64,000 nucleotides of DNA from Candidatus Kapaibacterium sp. (GCA_963665665.1 OY762428.1:3808001-3872000); one strand, 5' to 3'. Counted from the first letter of the stretch, positions 19,710 through 33,068 are shown. Made by a program: numbers and translations. Notes: a model not told the origin generated them from the letters alone.

Positions 19710-20103
19710 TATTAATCTCCCAGGATTTGTCAATCTCATTTTTTAGTTCTTGTTTCGATATCTTCAATTGGCCGGCCGCAATAACAATTTCTTTTATCGA
19801 AGGCCTAATCATATTAAGTTTTTCACTATTGTCCCCTCTGTTATCTTCTTTTTTTAAAATCCGCATCCCAACACCCCTTACACGTTCAAGAATATTTCTT
19901 TCCTCAAGCAAATTGTATGCTTTTGAAACAGTCATCGGATTAATTTGAAATTCCGAGGCAACACTTCGAACTGACGGCATTATCATCCCTTCCTTGAGCC
20001 TGCTGCTAAGCACCTGCCTTGTAACCTGCTCAACGATTTGCCTGTATATCGGCACCCCCGATCCGGGATTAATTATCAGGGTAATATTTACATTTTCTTT
20101 CAT
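19702..20103 (-). CDS. GntR family regulator, YtrA subfamily
   Basis: PIYRQI, MPSVRSVA..INPMTVSKAY..LE, RGVG motifs. Short C-terminus, first gene of an ABC operon. Confidence 0.9.
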   Translation of the reverse strand: MKENVNITLIINPGSGVPIYRQIVEQVTRQVLSSRLKEGMIMPSVRSVASEFQINPMTVSKAYNLLEERNILERVRGVGMRILKKEDNRGDNSEKLNMIRPSIKEIVIAAGQLKISKQELKNEIDKSWEINNG

Positions 20104-20119
20104 ACACATCCTGTCGTAT

Positions 20120-20145
20120 TAGTGTATTACTAATATAATACACTA
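20120..20145. promoter_or_regulatory. Palindromic operator, probable YtrA-type GntR autoregulatory site
   Basis: TAGTGTATTA-N6-TAATACACTA perfect inverted repeat, 17 bp upstream of the GntR ATG. Confidence 0.75.
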
Positions 20146-20306
20146 CGCTGTTATTTCCAAAAAGTTCTGATAAATTTTCATTTCTGAAAACAATAATTTT
20201 CAATATTGAGAAATTGAGGAACAAATAAATTACGTAATTTGTGATAAGCTCTTGATTTTATTGAATACTATTTTTTGGCACGATAATTTTTAACAATTTC
20301 TGCACT

Positions 20307-20693
20307 ATGAAAGAGAACCACAAAAAAAGAATGTTAGTAGTTGATGACGAGTACCCGGTTTTACTCGCCTACAAACAGTTGTTTAAGGGAGAGAAGATCG
20401 ATGTTGATATCTCTGACAATCTTGGCAGCGCCGATAAATTCCTGAACAACAATCTTTATGATGTGGTTATATCAGATCTGGAACTTACCGAAGCAAAAGA
20501 TAAAGAAGGCCTTAGTATAATAAGAAAAGCCAGGGAGGTTAATCCCGAATCTCTTCTTATTGTTGTTACTGCTTATGGAAATAAAGCCATTAAAGACATG
20601 CTTTTCGAAGCAGGGGCCAATTATTACTATGAAAAGCCCCTGTCAGTCGGTACAATAAAAAAAGTATTAGCAGGCGCCGGAATTATCCATTAG
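20307..20693 (+). CDS. Single-domain response regulator (receiver only)
   Basis: LVVDDE, VVISD, VVTAY and EKP receiver motifs. No output domain and no adjacent kinase. Confidence 0.88.
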   Translation: MKENHKKRMLVVDDEYPVLLAYKQLFKGEKIDVDISDNLGSADKFLNNNLYDVVISDLELTEAKDKEGLSIIRKAREVNPESLLIVVTAYGNKAIKDMLFEAGANYYYEKPLSVGTIKKVLAGAGIIH

Positions 20694-21360
20694 CCCCTTT
20701 ATCTGCTGATTTTTGAAGCGCCGCAATATTTTCTATTAAGTTGCCTTTGAATAATCCCGAACCACAGACTAAAATATCTGCTCCGGCACGGACAATTTCT
20801 TCCGCATTTTCAATTTTAACTCCGCCGTCCACCTGTATTCTAACATTCTCAAGGCCGTTTTTATCCAAATAATTACGTAAGTCAGAGCAACGCCTGAGAA
20901 ACGAGGAGATAAACTTCTGTCCGCCAAAACCCGGATTTACTGACATCAATAGAATAAAATCGCAATATTCAGAGGCTTCATAGGCAAATTCCATGGGGGT
21001 TGCCGGATTTAGAGCTATCCCTGATTTGGCTCCAAGTGAACTTATAAGGTCAAGTGTACGGTGCATGTGGTTTACTGTTTCAGCATGTACGGAAACCATA
21101 TTTGCGCCTGATTGGATAAAATCTTCAATATATTTGTCCGGTTCACTGATCATCAGGTGACAATCAATCGGAAGATCAGTTAAAGGGCGAATTGCCTTTG
21201 CTACAAGCGGCCCGATTGTAATATTCGGAACAAAGTGCCCGTCCATAACATCAAAATGTATAATATGTGCTCCGCCATTCTCGCACATTTTTATATCATT
21301 GCCAAGGTTGGCGAAATCTGCCGATAAGATCGATGGAGCAATTTCAATTTTTCTTTTCAT
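20683..21360 (-). CDS. rpe: Ribulose-phosphate 3-epimerase
   Basis: IAPSILSADF, HFDVMDGHFVPN, MSVNPGFGGQ and VDGG motifs. Confidence 0.96.
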   Translation of the reverse strand: MKRKIEIAPSILSADFANLGNDIKMCENGGAHIIHFDVMDGHFVPNITIGPLVAKAIRPLTDLPIDCHLMISEPDKYIEDFIQSGANMVSVHAETVNHMHRTLDLISSLGAKSGIALNPATPMEFAYEASEYCDFILLMSVNPGFGGQKFISSFLRRCSDLRNYLDKNGLENVRIQVDGGVKIENAEEIVRAGADILVCGSGLFKGNLIENIAALQKSADKGANG

Positions 21361-21560
21361 CTTTAAGTCCGCATGATGTCAAAACTTTTATACAAAATTA
21401 ACCTTGTTAAGCAATTAATCCAAATACATATTGCTAAAGTGTTATCTACGTAAAAACACGTATTTTTTAAAAATGAAAGTATTTTAATAGAAATTATTAT
21501 TGCTTTTCTATAATTTGCCTTCATAATTAATGTATAATTTAATGTGTTTGCGGATAAATT

Positions 21561-23078
21561 ATGAAGCTTTTTTGGTTACTGCCTTTATTCCTGTTACTAT
21601 TTTCTTTTATACAGAATTCTTTTAGTGAAGAAACTACTTTGCAGAATATTGGTAACAATATAAATACTAAAAATTGCAATGAGCTTAACCCGATAGTATC
21701 GTCGGACGGAAGTAAACTATTCTTTTGCCGTTGCGATTGTGACAATTCAAATGAAAATCAGAATATCTGGTTTTCTGAAAAAGGAAGCAACGGAAAGTGG
21801 ATGCCTGCGGTTAAACTTGGGGCACCCCTGAACAATAAGTATAATAATTTCATTGCATCAGTCAGCCCCGATGGAAATACAATACTGCTCGGAGGAATTT
21901 ATCACGAAAACGGAACCATGGGCAGAGGCGTATCAATAAGCAGGCTTAGCGAAAACGGATGGACATATCCGGAGCCTCTGGAAATTGACAATTATTACAA
22001 CAAAAGCGAATTTAGCGGTTTCTTTCTGTGTGATGACGGTAAAACTTTATTGTTATCACTGCAAAGAGAAGACAGCCGCGGGGAAAAAGATATATACGTT
22101 AGTTTTATGAAAAATGACGGCAGGTGGTCTGAGCCCATATCTCTCGGAAATAATATCAATACAGCCGAAGACGAAATATCGCCTTACCTGGCATCTGATG
22201 GAATTACTCTTTTCTTTTCTTCCAAAGGGCATAAAGGTTATGGTGATGCTGATATTTTTATATCAAGGCGTCTGGATAAATCCTGGACAAATTGGTCAGA
22301 GCCTGTTAATCTTGGTGATGAAATTAATACAGAAGGATGGGAGGCCTATTATAAAACAACAGCATCTGGTGAATATGCATATTGTGTTTCAGAAAAGAAC
22401 TCGCTCGGAAAAAGCGATATTTTTAAAACAAAAATCCCTGATCGCTTCCGCCCCAATGCTGTGATGCTTGTAAAAGGAAAGGTTATCAACTACAAAACCA
22501 TGGCCCCGCTTGAATCAAAAATAAATTTTAGCATTATTCCGGATGGTGATGAGGCAGGATATACTTCCTCTAATCCGGTTTCCGGTAGTTTCAGGATGAC
22601 ACTACCGGCAGGCCATTATTACAGTTATGAAGCAATGGCTCCTGAATTTGTCGGGTCCAATTATGATCTTGACCTGAGGGAATTGTATGGTTACAAGGAA
22701 TTTGAAAGGAATATTGAACTTGTTCCCGCAGAGGATTCTCTTGTTTGTATAAGAAATATATTCTTTGCTTCAAATCAGACGAAACTTTCGAAAGAGTCAT
22801 CTTATGAAAGAAAAAAACTTCTTGAATTTCTTAGTGAAAATCCAAATACAGTTTGCGAAATTTCTGGATACACTGACAGCAGAGGCTCAAAAGAGATAAA
22901 TGAAAAGCTGTCCAGGGAAAGAGCCAAAAACGCAGCTAATTATTTCATAAGGCTCGGAATAAGCAGCGACAGGCTGATTATGAAAGGTTTTGCCATGAAA
23001 AAATTCGTTATGCCCAATGATACGGAAGAAGGTAGGGCATTGAATCGCCGGGTTGAATTCAAAGTTTATGAAAGGTAG
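21561..23078 (+). CDS. OmpA-family peptidoglycan-binding protein with PD40 repeats (PorE-like)
   Basis: Signal peptide, repeated LG..IN/SPDG PD40 units, and OmpA domain ISGYTD..G....N..LS..RA...GRALNRRVEF. Confidence 0.85.
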   Translation: MKLFWLLPLFLLLFSFIQNSFSEETTLQNIGNNINTKNCNELNPIVSSDGSKLFFCRCDCDNSNENQNIWFSEKGSNGKWMPAVKLGAPLNNKYNNFIASVSPDGNTILLGGIYHENGTMGRGVSISRLSENGWTYPEPLEIDNYYNKSEFSGFFLCDDGKTLLLSLQREDSRGEKDIYVSFMKNDGRWSEPISLGNNINTAEDEISPYLASDGITLFFSSKGHKGYGDADIFISRRLDKSWTNWSEPVNLGDEINTEGWEAYYKTTASGEYAYCVSEKNSLGKSDIFKTKIPDRFRPNAVMLVKGKVINYKTMAPLESKINFSIIPDGDEAGYTSSNPVSGSFRMTLPAGHYYSYEAMAPEFVGSNYDLDLRELYGYKEFERNIELVPAEDSLVCIRNIFFASNQTKLSKESSYERKKLLEFLSENPNTVCEISGYTDSRGSKEINEKLSRERAKNAANYFIRLGISSDRLIMKGFAMKKFVMPNDTEEGRALNRRVEFKVYER

Positions 23079-23106
23079 AATCAACAACTCAAAATCATTA
23101 AAAAAG

Positions 23107-23141
23107 AAAATGTCCGGGTCAGTTAAGGCCCGGACATTTTT
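23107..23141. terminator. Bidirectional terminator between convergent OmpA-family gene and maeB
   Basis: AAAATGTCCGGG-N10-CCCGGACATTTT, with A and T tracts on both sides. Confidence 0.85.
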
Positions 23142-23158
23142 GTGTGCTAAAAATTATA

Positions 23159-25435
23159 TTAGTCGTTGATACATTCTTTTTCTTTGTGCTGTGCATCAAC
23201 AACAGCAAGAGCTGTCATATTCAGAATGTCGTGAACATCATCGCCACGCTGAAGGATATGAACCGACCTGCAGAAACCGTTTAGAGCCGGCCCGATAATC
23301 TTCAGTCCACCAATTTTATTAAGTAACTTATAAGAGATATTGCCGGAAGCAAGCCCCGGGAATACCAGCACATTAGCTCCGCCCTTCAAGCTACTGAACG
23401 GAAAAGCACTTTCAAGTATTTCAGGTGATACTGCTGTATTTGCCTGCATCTCACCATCAACCATTAATTCTGGTGCTCTTTCGCGGATAATTTTCAGAGC
23501 ACTACGCATTTTATCCGGAACTTTACCTTTTACTGATCCGAAGTTACTGTACGACAGTAAGGCAACTCTTGGAACGATATCAAAATTAGTTGCAAAGTCA
23601 GCAGCCTGCAAAGCAATATCGGCCAATTCTTCAGGAGTCGGATCAACATTTACAGTAGTATCGGCTAAGAAAAATGTTTCATTTTTCTTAGTAACAATAT
23701 ACATACCTGAAACAGTATTATATCTTGAATCCTTGCCGATTATTTGCAGTGCGGGGCGTAAAGTATCAGGGTAAGAACGTGTAAGGCCTGAAATCATACC
23801 ATCAGCATCACCGCTATGAACCATCATAGCTGCAAAATAGTTGTTATTTCGCGGCATTTTTGTTTCTGCAAATACTTTCAGAACTCCTTTTCTCTGGCGC
23901 AATTTATAGAACTCATCAATATACTGCTGGAGTTTATCTGATTCCTTCGGGTTGATAATCTCGATATCTTCAAGATCCCATCCGTGTTCTTCAGCAGTTT
24001 TGCGGATAACTTCTTCCCTTCCAAGAAGAATAGGAGAAGCAATATTTGCATTGGCTGCATTAATAGCTGCCTTGATGATCTTGCTTTCTTCACCTTCGGA
24101 ATAAACAATACGTTTTTTGTTTGCTTTTGCCTTATCAAAGATTTTTGTCATGATCCTTTCTGTACGGCCCATCCTGATATCAAGCTGGCGTTTGTATTCT
24201 TCAAAATCTTCGATTGGTTTGCGAGCCACGCCGGTATCCATTGCGGCTTTAGCAACAGCAGGTGAAACCCAGGTAAGTACACGCGGGTCAAATGGTTTAG
24301 GAATAATATATTTCGGCCCGAATGTCAGGTCTTCACCACCATATGCTTTTCTTACGCTGTCAGGTACTTCTTCTTTTGCTAAATCAGCCAGAGCCTGAGC
24401 AGCAGCTTTTTTCATATCTTCATTGATTGCTGTGGCATAAACATCAAGAGCGCCACGGAAAATAAAGGGGAAACCAAGAACATTGTTAACCTGGTTGGGG
24501 TAATCCGAACGTCCTGTAGCCATGATAACATCAGGCCTTGCTTCAACAGCATCTTCATAAGAGATTTCCGGATCAGGGTTTGCCATAGCGAAGATTATCG
24601 GATTATCATTCATGGATTTAACCATATCTTTCGAAACGCAGTTTCCTTTGGATAGTCCGAAGAAAATGTCAGCCCCTTTCATTGCATCTTCCAGGGTGCG
24701 TGCATCTGTTTCGACGGCAAATTCTTCTTTGTATTCATTCATTCCGGCTGTACGGCCTTTGTAAATAACACCCTTCGAATCGCACATCATCACGTTTTCA
24801 GGTTTGATACCCAGGCTGATATGGAATTTTGCACAAGCTATACCTGAAGCACCGGCACCATTATAAACAGCTACCATATCTTCAAGTTTCTTGTTATACA
24901 TTTCAGCTGCATTCAAAAGTGCAGCGCCACTGATAATAGCTGTTCCATGCTGGTCGTCATGGAATACCGGGATATTTAATTTTTTCTTTAATTCTTCCTC
25001 GATATGGAAGCATTCCGGGCCTTTAATATCTTCAAGGTTTATACCCCCGAAAGTTGGTTCCAATATTTCGCAGGTACGAATAATTTCTTCTGAATTTTTT
25101 GTTTCCAGTTCAATATCAAAAACGTCAATATCAGCAAAAGTTTTGAAAAGGACTCCTTTGCCTTCCATCACCGGCTTGCCGGCAGCAGCTCCTATGTCTC
25201 CCAGGCCAAGAACAGCAGTACCATTAGAAATAACTGCTACAAGGTTTCCCTTGGCTGTATAGTCAAAAACCTTTTCCGGGTGTTTTTCAATTTCACGACA
25301 AGGTTCGGCAACACCGGGGGAATATGCCAGAGATAAATCCCATTGTGTGTCGCAGGGTTTTGTAGTAACTACTTCAATTTTCCCTTTTCTGCCCGTGCTG
25401 TGATATTCAAGGGCATCTTCTTTTCTGATTTTCAT
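23159..25435 (-). CDS. maeB: NADP-dependent malic enzyme fused to a phosphotransacetylase-like domain
   Basis: [30 protein letters not shown] and [12 protein letters not shown] motifs, plus a C-terminal PTA domain ([13 protein letters not shown]). Confidence 0.96.
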   Translation of the reverse strand: MKIRKEDALEYHSTGRKGKIEVVTTKPCDTQWDLSLAYSPGVAEPCREIEKHPEKVFDYTAKGNLVAVISNGTAVLGLGDIGAAAGKPVMEGKGVLFKTFADIDVFDIELETKNSEEIIRTCEILEPTFGGINLEDIKGPECFHIEEELKKKLNIPVFHDDQHGTAIISGAALLNAAEMYNKKLEDMVAVYNGAGASGIACAKFHISLGIKPENVMMCDSKGVIYKGRTAGMNEYKEEFAVETDARTLEDAMKGADIFFGLSKGNCVSKDMVKSMNDNPIIFAMANPDPEISYEDAVEARPDVIMATGRSDYPNQVNNVLGFPFIFRGALDVYATAINEDMKKAAAQALADLAKEEVPDSVRKAYGGEDLTFGPKYIIPKPFDPRVLTWVSPAVAKAAMDTGVARKPIEDFEEYKRQLDIRMGRTERIMTKIFDKAKANKKRIVYSEGEESKIIKAAINAANANIASPILLGREEVIRKTAEEHGWDLEDIEIINPKESDKLQQYIDEFYKLRQRKGVLKVFAETKMPRNNNYFAAMMVHSGDADGMISGLTRSYPDTLRPALQIIGKDSRYNTVSGMYIVTKKNETFFLADTTVNVDPTPEELADIALQAADFATNFDIVPRVALLSYSNFGSVKGKVPDKMRSALKIIRERAPELMVDGEMQANTAVSPEILESAFPFSSLKGGANVLVFPGLASGNISYKLLNKIGGLKIIGPALNGFCRSVHILQRGDDVHDILNMTALAVVDAQHKEKECIND

Positions 25436-25686
25436 TACAAACTCCTTGAGTCTTTTCTTTTAATATAAAAATTGACAAAGTTCGGTTAAGTGTTATTCAA
25501 ACTTATGAAAATAACATATTACTTGAAATTCTATTTTCCAATTGTAATTTAAATGTTGTTTTTGTAAATGTCAACATCTAAATTATTAATTTACAAAATT
25601 ATATAATATATTACTATTAAGCAATATTATTTATTTTTGTTTAGTATATCTGTATAAACCGAAAATGTTCTTTTGGTGGTTGCATT

Positions 25687-26080
25687 TTATGTAAATTTTT
25701 GCAGGTGTTTTCCTGCAGCCCCAGTAAATATTTTTCTGAATAGTGCATCTTTACTAAGTTCAAAAATGTGTTTAGAAAGTATTGCAGAATCCTCCGGCAT
25801 TGCCAGTAAGCCTGTTTTTCCATCAATAACAAGCCCTGGTATTCCCCCGGCATTTGTTGCTATAACAGGAAGATTAGATGCAAAAGAATCAAGAATCGCA
25901 GTACCCGTGCCTTCTGTTTTTGAAGTTATCTGGAAAATATCAGCGCTTTTTAATATTTCCGTGACATTATCCTTAAACACGGTCATTGTAATATTGCTTT
26001 TAAGATTTTTTCGAGAAATATATTCTGCGATATTATTTTTCTCAGGCTCGTCGCTAATTATGAAAAAATGAAAATCAGCT
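25687..26080 (-). pseudogene. Glycosyltransferase family 4 C-terminal remnant
   Basis: ADIFQITSKTEGTGTAILDSFASNLPVIATNAGGIP..VIDGKTGLL is a degenerate GT4 nucleotide-sugar-binding motif. No N-terminal domain is present. Confidence 0.65.
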
Positions 26081-26627
26081 ATTGTTTCACGACGGCGAAA
26101 CCGGGCAGTTGATCCATCCCGTTTTGCGTCCCGGCAGTTGCCATTCAAACAAATGGTTCGTTCATCAATATAACAGAGTAAGGCTTTCCAATTCAAGTTT
26201 CTTATTATTTAGGGCTTTAAATGATAAATGACTGTTAAAAAGACGGGTATTATTTATCATCAAACCTGAAGGATAAACCAATAAATTTTGTATATTAGTT
26301 TTGTATGAGTGTTGGGCTATGTTAATGAGCGACAAAATGGAAATAATCGATGAATGGGAGGTTTAAAATATTTGATATATTATCATTATATTTGCTAATT
26401 TCATAATAATCAGATTGTTCGCTTGTTTTTTATGGGATATAATTAAAATAAGTGCAAAACTCTCACATCTGTGCGAGAATTTTTTTGATTAACTTTTTTA
26501 AATTTATACGATGGATTTTTAAACAAATTTGAGAAGAATAAAGAAGCACTTTGGAATTTATTAAATGTTTATGCCCATAAAGATGAGAAAGACTAATAAC
26601 TTTGAAAGATACACAAACAAAAAAAAT

Positions 26628-27668
26628 ATGAAAAATTCAATGCACAAATATAAAAGAAATATTGACGAGTTAAAAAAATATGCAGCTTTATGGTGGCCAG
26701 ATGAATTGAAGAACAAAAATGCGTTGGCTAATGTTCTACCCTTGTTACTAAAAACCCAAGACGACTTTTTAAAAATTTTAAGCCTAAGCAAAAAGGAACC
26801 CTTTCAGATATTTGATTTAATAGAAGCTGCCAAATTCCCTGCTAATTTATTTCTAAAACACCTTGTTGTTCTTTCCGATTATGGTGGGGAACCTATTCAA
26901 AGATTAGGTCGTTCATTTAAGGAAGTTTTTCCTAAGATAAGTGCTGGCAACTATTATTTAGAGTTTATTTGGAAAAATAAAACTCACATCTATGAATTTG
27001 AAACGTTACCAGTAAAAGGTCTTAACAATAAAAAACTATTTATTGATGGTGAAAACTTATCGACAGAACATGAATTAAACGGACTGTTTAAAGATATGAT
27101 TGTAATTTTATTGTTTGCATCTACGTCAGAACAAGCAGACTTAGCTGCTTTAGAATCATGTGAAATCGGGACATTATTGGGAAATGAATCTGAATTATAT
27201 GAATTTGTTAAGCAACGATATATTATTGTAAGTAGGATAACTGGTGGCGCTACCGCAAACAGTTTAGGGCAATTGGCCCAAACAGAGATTGTTGACTACC
27301 TTAGTAAATCTCTGGGCGGTAATTATGAAGTAATACGTAATGGCTATATTGAACTTGGAGGATATGACAAAAAAGGAGGAATGCCTTTTGATATAGTTGT
27401 TTCACGTAAAAATAAATTTGTTGGAATTGAAGTTAGTTTCCAAGTTACAACTAATAGTACAATTGAGCGAAAATCTGGTCAAGCAGCCGACAGGCATGCC
27501 TTGATGTCAAAAGCAGGAAATAAGATTGCTTATGTAATTGATGGAGCAGGAAATTTCCAACGTTCTTCTGCGATAAGTACAATTTGCAATTATAGTGATT
27601 GCACAGTTGCTTATACGATATCGGAATTTAAAGTATTGTCTAACTGGATTAAAAGTGTCTTAAAATGA
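26628..27668 (+). CDS. Type II restriction endonuclease, BanI/HgiCI-like (start 26628 or 26640)
   Basis: Segments AALWWP, KFPANLFLKHLVVL.D.GGEP, VSRITGGA.AN.LGQ, EVSFQVTTNSTIERK and IDGAGNFQR match my recollection of R.BanI. Coupled to a C5 methyltransferase. Confidence 0.8.
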   Translation: MKNSMHKYKRNIDELKKYAALWWPDELKNKNALANVLPLLLKTQDDFLKILSLSKKEPFQIFDLIEAAKFPANLFLKHLVVLSDYGGEPIQRLGRSFKEVFPKISAGNYYLEFIWKNKTHIYEFETLPVKGLNNKKLFIDGENLSTEHELNGLFKDMIVILLFASTSEQADLAALESCEIGTLLGNESELYEFVKQRYIIVSRITGGATANSLGQLAQTEIVDYLSKSLGGNYEVIRNGYIELGGYDKKGGMPFDIVVSRKNKFVGIEVSFQVTTNSTIERKSGQAADRHALMSKAGNKIAYVIDGAGNFQRSSAISTICNYSDCTVAYTISEFKVLSNWIKSVLK

Positions 27669-28981
27669 TAAAGTTCATTGATTTATTTGCAGGCACTGGT
27701 GGTATCCGATTAGGATTTGAAGAAGCCTGTAGAAAACATGGAATAAAAACAGAGTGTGTTTATTCGTCTGAAATTGATAAAAATGCTTGTAAATCCTACG
27801 AACTCAATTTTGGAGAAAATCCACTTTCTGACATAACTCTAGTAAATGAATTACCTGATTTTAATTTCATGCTTGCTGGTTTCCCTTGCCAGGCTTTTAG
27901 TTACGCAGGAAAAAGAAAAGGATTTGGTGATACTCGAGGAACATTATTCTTTGATGTAGAAAGATTATTGAAAAAATATCGTCCACAGGGTTTTTTATTA
28001 GAAAATGTTAGAGGATTAACGACACATGATAAAGGACGAACTTTTAAAACTATAGTTAATTCTTTAAAATCAATTGGTTATTCACTTGAATATAGATTAT
28101 TAAATTCAAGCAATTTCAATATTGCCCAAAATAGGGTAAGAATTTACATTGTTGGTATTTTAAATAATGATTTTACCATAATTACTCAATCTGATGTAGG
28201 TGCGGTTGATTCGCACAATTTTAAAGCCCGAAACGGACAGAAAAGCTTATTTGAAGACATCAAGCCAATTAAAGTTGTAAGAGATGTTCTTGAAAATAAT
28301 CCTGACCCAAAATACATATGCAGCGAAAAGTTCAGCGAAAAGTTGAAAAAAGTAATAGGAAATGATTTAAGTAAGCTTCATGGATATAGGTTAATAGATA
28401 CAAGAAACGGAAATTCGATTCATTCATGGGAACTTGGAATTAAAGGAGAATGTAATAAGGATGAAGTTGAGTTTATGAACCTTCTAATTGCTAACAGAAG
28501 GAAAAAGATTTTCGGTACGCACCAAGATGGAAAAGCATTAACTTTAGACCAGATTAAAACCTTTTACAGAAACGAAAATATAAAAGAGGTTGCTGACTCG
28601 CTGATAAAAAAAGGTTATCTAAGTAATTATAATGGTAAATATAATCCAGTTTGTGGAAATATGTCATTCGAGGTATTCAAATTTCTTGATCCAGACAGTA
28701 TATCAATAACGTTAACAGCTTCAGACACAAATAGATTAGGTGTTGTTCAAAACGGAAAACCAAGACGATTAACACCAAGAGAATGTGCCAGGTTGCAGGG
28801 CTATCCGGATTCGTACAAACTACTTGACAATGATAATGCTGTTTATAAACAAATGGGAAATGGAGTATCTGTACCAGTGATAGAACACTTGATGTCAGAT
28901 TTAATAGATAATAACAAAGAATTAATGGAAGAAATATTCCACCCTGATAAACAATATAAATTATCAAGTTTTTCAAGCTAA
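27665..28981 (+). CDS. DNA (cytosine-5)-methyltransferase, M.BanI-like
   Basis: DLFAGTGG, GFPCQ, ENV, QNRVR, RRLTPRECARLQG and KQMGN motifs. Variable region IHSWELG..NRRKK.FGTHQDGK..GNMSFEVFKFLDP recalled from M.BanI. Confidence 0.92.
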   Translation: MIKFIDLFAGTGGIRLGFEEACRKHGIKTECVYSSEIDKNACKSYELNFGENPLSDITLVNELPDFNFMLAGFPCQAFSYAGKRKGFGDTRGTLFFDVERLLKKYRPQGFLLENVRGLTTHDKGRTFKTIVNSLKSIGYSLEYRLLNSSNFNIAQNRVRIYIVGILNNDFTIITQSDVGAVDSHNFKARNGQKSLFEDIKPIKVVRDVLENNPDPKYICSEKFSEKLKKVIGNDLSKLHGYRLIDTRNGNSIHSWELGIKGECNKDEVEFMNLLIANRRKKIFGTHQDGKALTLDQIKTFYRNENIKEVADSLIKKGYLSNYNGKYNPVCGNMSFEVFKFLDPDSISITLTASDTNRLGVVQNGKPRRLTPRECARLQGYPDSYKLLDNDNAVYKQMGNGVSVPVIEHLMSDLIDNNKELMEEIFHPDKQYKLSSFSS

Positions 28982-29149
28982 GTTGAAGACAAAAATTGTC
29001 CAATAATATGTTTAGCTGACCCGATGAAACAAAAACATGAATTGAATATAGCACGAAAATAAGACAATTTATAAATTTTACAAAGTTTTGGAGCTTTTAG
29101 AGTGCTATCCAATGCATCAATTTATTGGAGTGACTTGATTGGTTTCCAC

Positions 29150-29255
29150 TCCTTCTCAGGTTACACTTGGGAATGTGATTTTCCGAAAAGTTTTACTTTG
29201 GAAAACTGAAGCAAAGCTTCCGATGAAAGCAGCATCAGGAAGTGCAACTTCGTAA
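29150..29255. repeat. Degenerate REP-like palindromic remnant between convergent MTase and ligA
   Basis: Fragments CTTGGGAATG, GAAGCAAAGCTTC and GAAGTGCAACTTC are short imperfect hairpins typical of REP doublets. Confidence 0.3.
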
Positions 29256-29345
29256 TAAGGACTATAAAAATATTCCTTATGCCTTCCGGCATTTTCACAA
29301 GCGCATTGCCTTATTTAGAGCTTAGCGAATTCGTAGTTGATTTCA

Positions 29346-31393
<2,048 letters not shown>

Positions 31394-31568
31394 ATTATCG
31401 GTTAAGCAAATAATTAAGTATTAATTGTTCCTAAAAAGTCATTAAATTATTTGTTCATAATCCAGAAAATCAAATAACTGTCAAAAGACCATCAAATAAG
31501 TATATCTATCAATATCATTAGCTTACAGAGACGAAACTTTAATTAACGGATTGTCAATCAAATAAAGT

Positions 31569-33029
31569 TCACTGCCTCGCCCACCAGGGTATATATTTCA
31601 CATACTTTCTACCGGACTTAATATCATATTTTAAAACCATTCCCTTTTCCATAGCGTCCCTGATTATTCTTGATATAGCTGCGCTATTCTTCTCATCAAC
31701 ACCAAATCTGTCTCTTAAAGTTGTATTTGTCATAAATTCTCTTTGTACAAATTTTAGGCATGCATGTAGATAGCAACCCCAGACTTTTTCGTTATTTTCC
31801 ATTTCCCAGAAATTTTTATATTCAAATAAAACAACGCGGGTATGCTCATCAGTAACTTCAAAAACAGGAGCAGGTAATTGATATAATTCTGTTTCAAAAA
31901 CAGCTTTATCAATTCCGCTTCCTCTTTCTTCACAAATTCCAATACGTCTCATAAGGGAGGCAATATTTTCATTTCTTGATTTTGGAGGTGAGTCAAGGAA
32001 CCTATCTGTTTTAACAAGAGGAATTCCGGGATTGGTAATTTCTACCCTGTTCGAAAATATTTCAACTGTTGTTCCGGTTCCGGTTGCAAAAAAATCCTGA
32101 TGAATCAATGCATTAGCAACTAATTCACGCAAAGCAAGTGGTGGAAACATCAGAGTGTTTTTTCTTATTGCATTGCCAATTTGCTCATTGCCGGGAATTA
32201 AATCCAATACTATTTCCATTAATCTTTCAAATCCGGAAGCATAGCCATGATTTATAATCTTTTCTTTCCTGGTAGTTAATTTATTGATACCTTCATATTG
32301 AATAATTCGAACTTTTTTTCTTTTTAATTTAAAAAAATCATCCAAATTATTTGCGAAAAGAATTGCTCCCAAATTTGTGATATTGTATAGGCCATTATCA
32401 TTTTTTTTAATAATATTATCATCCGATAAAGCTTCAATAATTGCCAATGTTCCATCTGGCAGGGCTTTATTCAATAGTTCAAAATATGACGAAAAATCAA
32501 TAAATTTTAAAATTTGATCGGCTTCAATATTTTCTTGAGCATAAATCAATTCAAAAGTAGTATTCTCAAAAATTCTCCATAATTCTTTTTCTTTTTCCTG
32601 ATAATCCTTTAATTTCTTTTTATATGATCCTACTCGAATATATTCTACCCCTTTAAATTGAACAGGATGATGAGATGCAGCATTAATTTCTAAAAGTACA
32701 ATCTTCTTAGCATTATATTCTGTCTGATAAAATTTAAAATTAATATTTGGTCTTAGCAGTCTAAGTAACCAGTTTTCAAGCTCTTCATTGCCAACTTTCA
32801 TTTTTTTTGGATTAAAATCAGAACCAACAATATCATGATCCGAATCACTTATACCCCAAATCAAATAGCCATTAACTTTTCCAAGAATAGCGGCAGAATT
32901 TGCCAAGGCCGAAATATACTCACCAATTTCATGAGGATTGAAATTATTTTTTTTAAATTCTATCCACTCTGTTTCAGCCGGATATTTTATTATTTCTTCG
33001 ATTAGATTCCGAAGATAATTCTTGATCAT
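31569..33029 (-). CDS. AlbA_2 (Schlafen-like) domain + HATPase_c_4/RecG-C-like domain + wHTH protein
   Basis: ETEWIEFK, YISALAN, YLIWGI, YIRVGS (AlbA_2); LRELVANALIHQD, RVEITNPG, SRNE, EERGSGIDK. Confidence 0.85.
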   Translation of the reverse strand: MIKNYLRNLIEEIIKYPAETEWIEFKKNNFNPHEIGEYISALANSAAILGKVNGYLIWGISDSDHDIVGSDFNPKKMKVGNEELENWLLRLLRPNINFKFYQTEYNAKKIVLLEINAASHHPVQFKGVEYIRVGSYKKKLKDYQEKEKELWRIFENTTFELIYAQENIEADQILKFIDFSSYFELLNKALPDGTLAIIEALSDDNIIKKNDNGLYNITNLGAILFANNLDDFFKLKRKKVRIIQYEGINKLTTRKEKIINHGYASGFERLMEIVLDLIPGNEQIGNAIRKNTLMFPPLALRELVANALIHQDFFATGTGTTVEIFSNRVEITNPGIPLVKTDRFLDSPPKSRNENIASLMRRIGICEERGSGIDKAVFETELYQLPAPVFEVTDEHTRVVLFEYKNFWEMENNEKVWGCYLHACLKFVQREFMTNTTLRDRFGVDEKNSAAISRIIRDAMEKGMVLKYDIKSGRKYVKYIPWWARQ

Positions 33030-33047
33030 GATATCAAACCCTCAAGT

Positions 33048-33068
33048 TTTTCATTTCCAAATGTGATT
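33048..33068. repeat. 21-bp direct repeat, copy 2 (upstream of the AlbA_2 gene)
   Basis: TTTTCATTTCCAAATGTGATT; one mismatch to 31373-31393. Confidence 0.7.

Noticed and set aside
20277-20291. Sigma-54 promoter upstream of the receiver gene (TGGCACG)
   Set aside because: The -24 element is good but the -12 position reads TTTT rather than TTGC.
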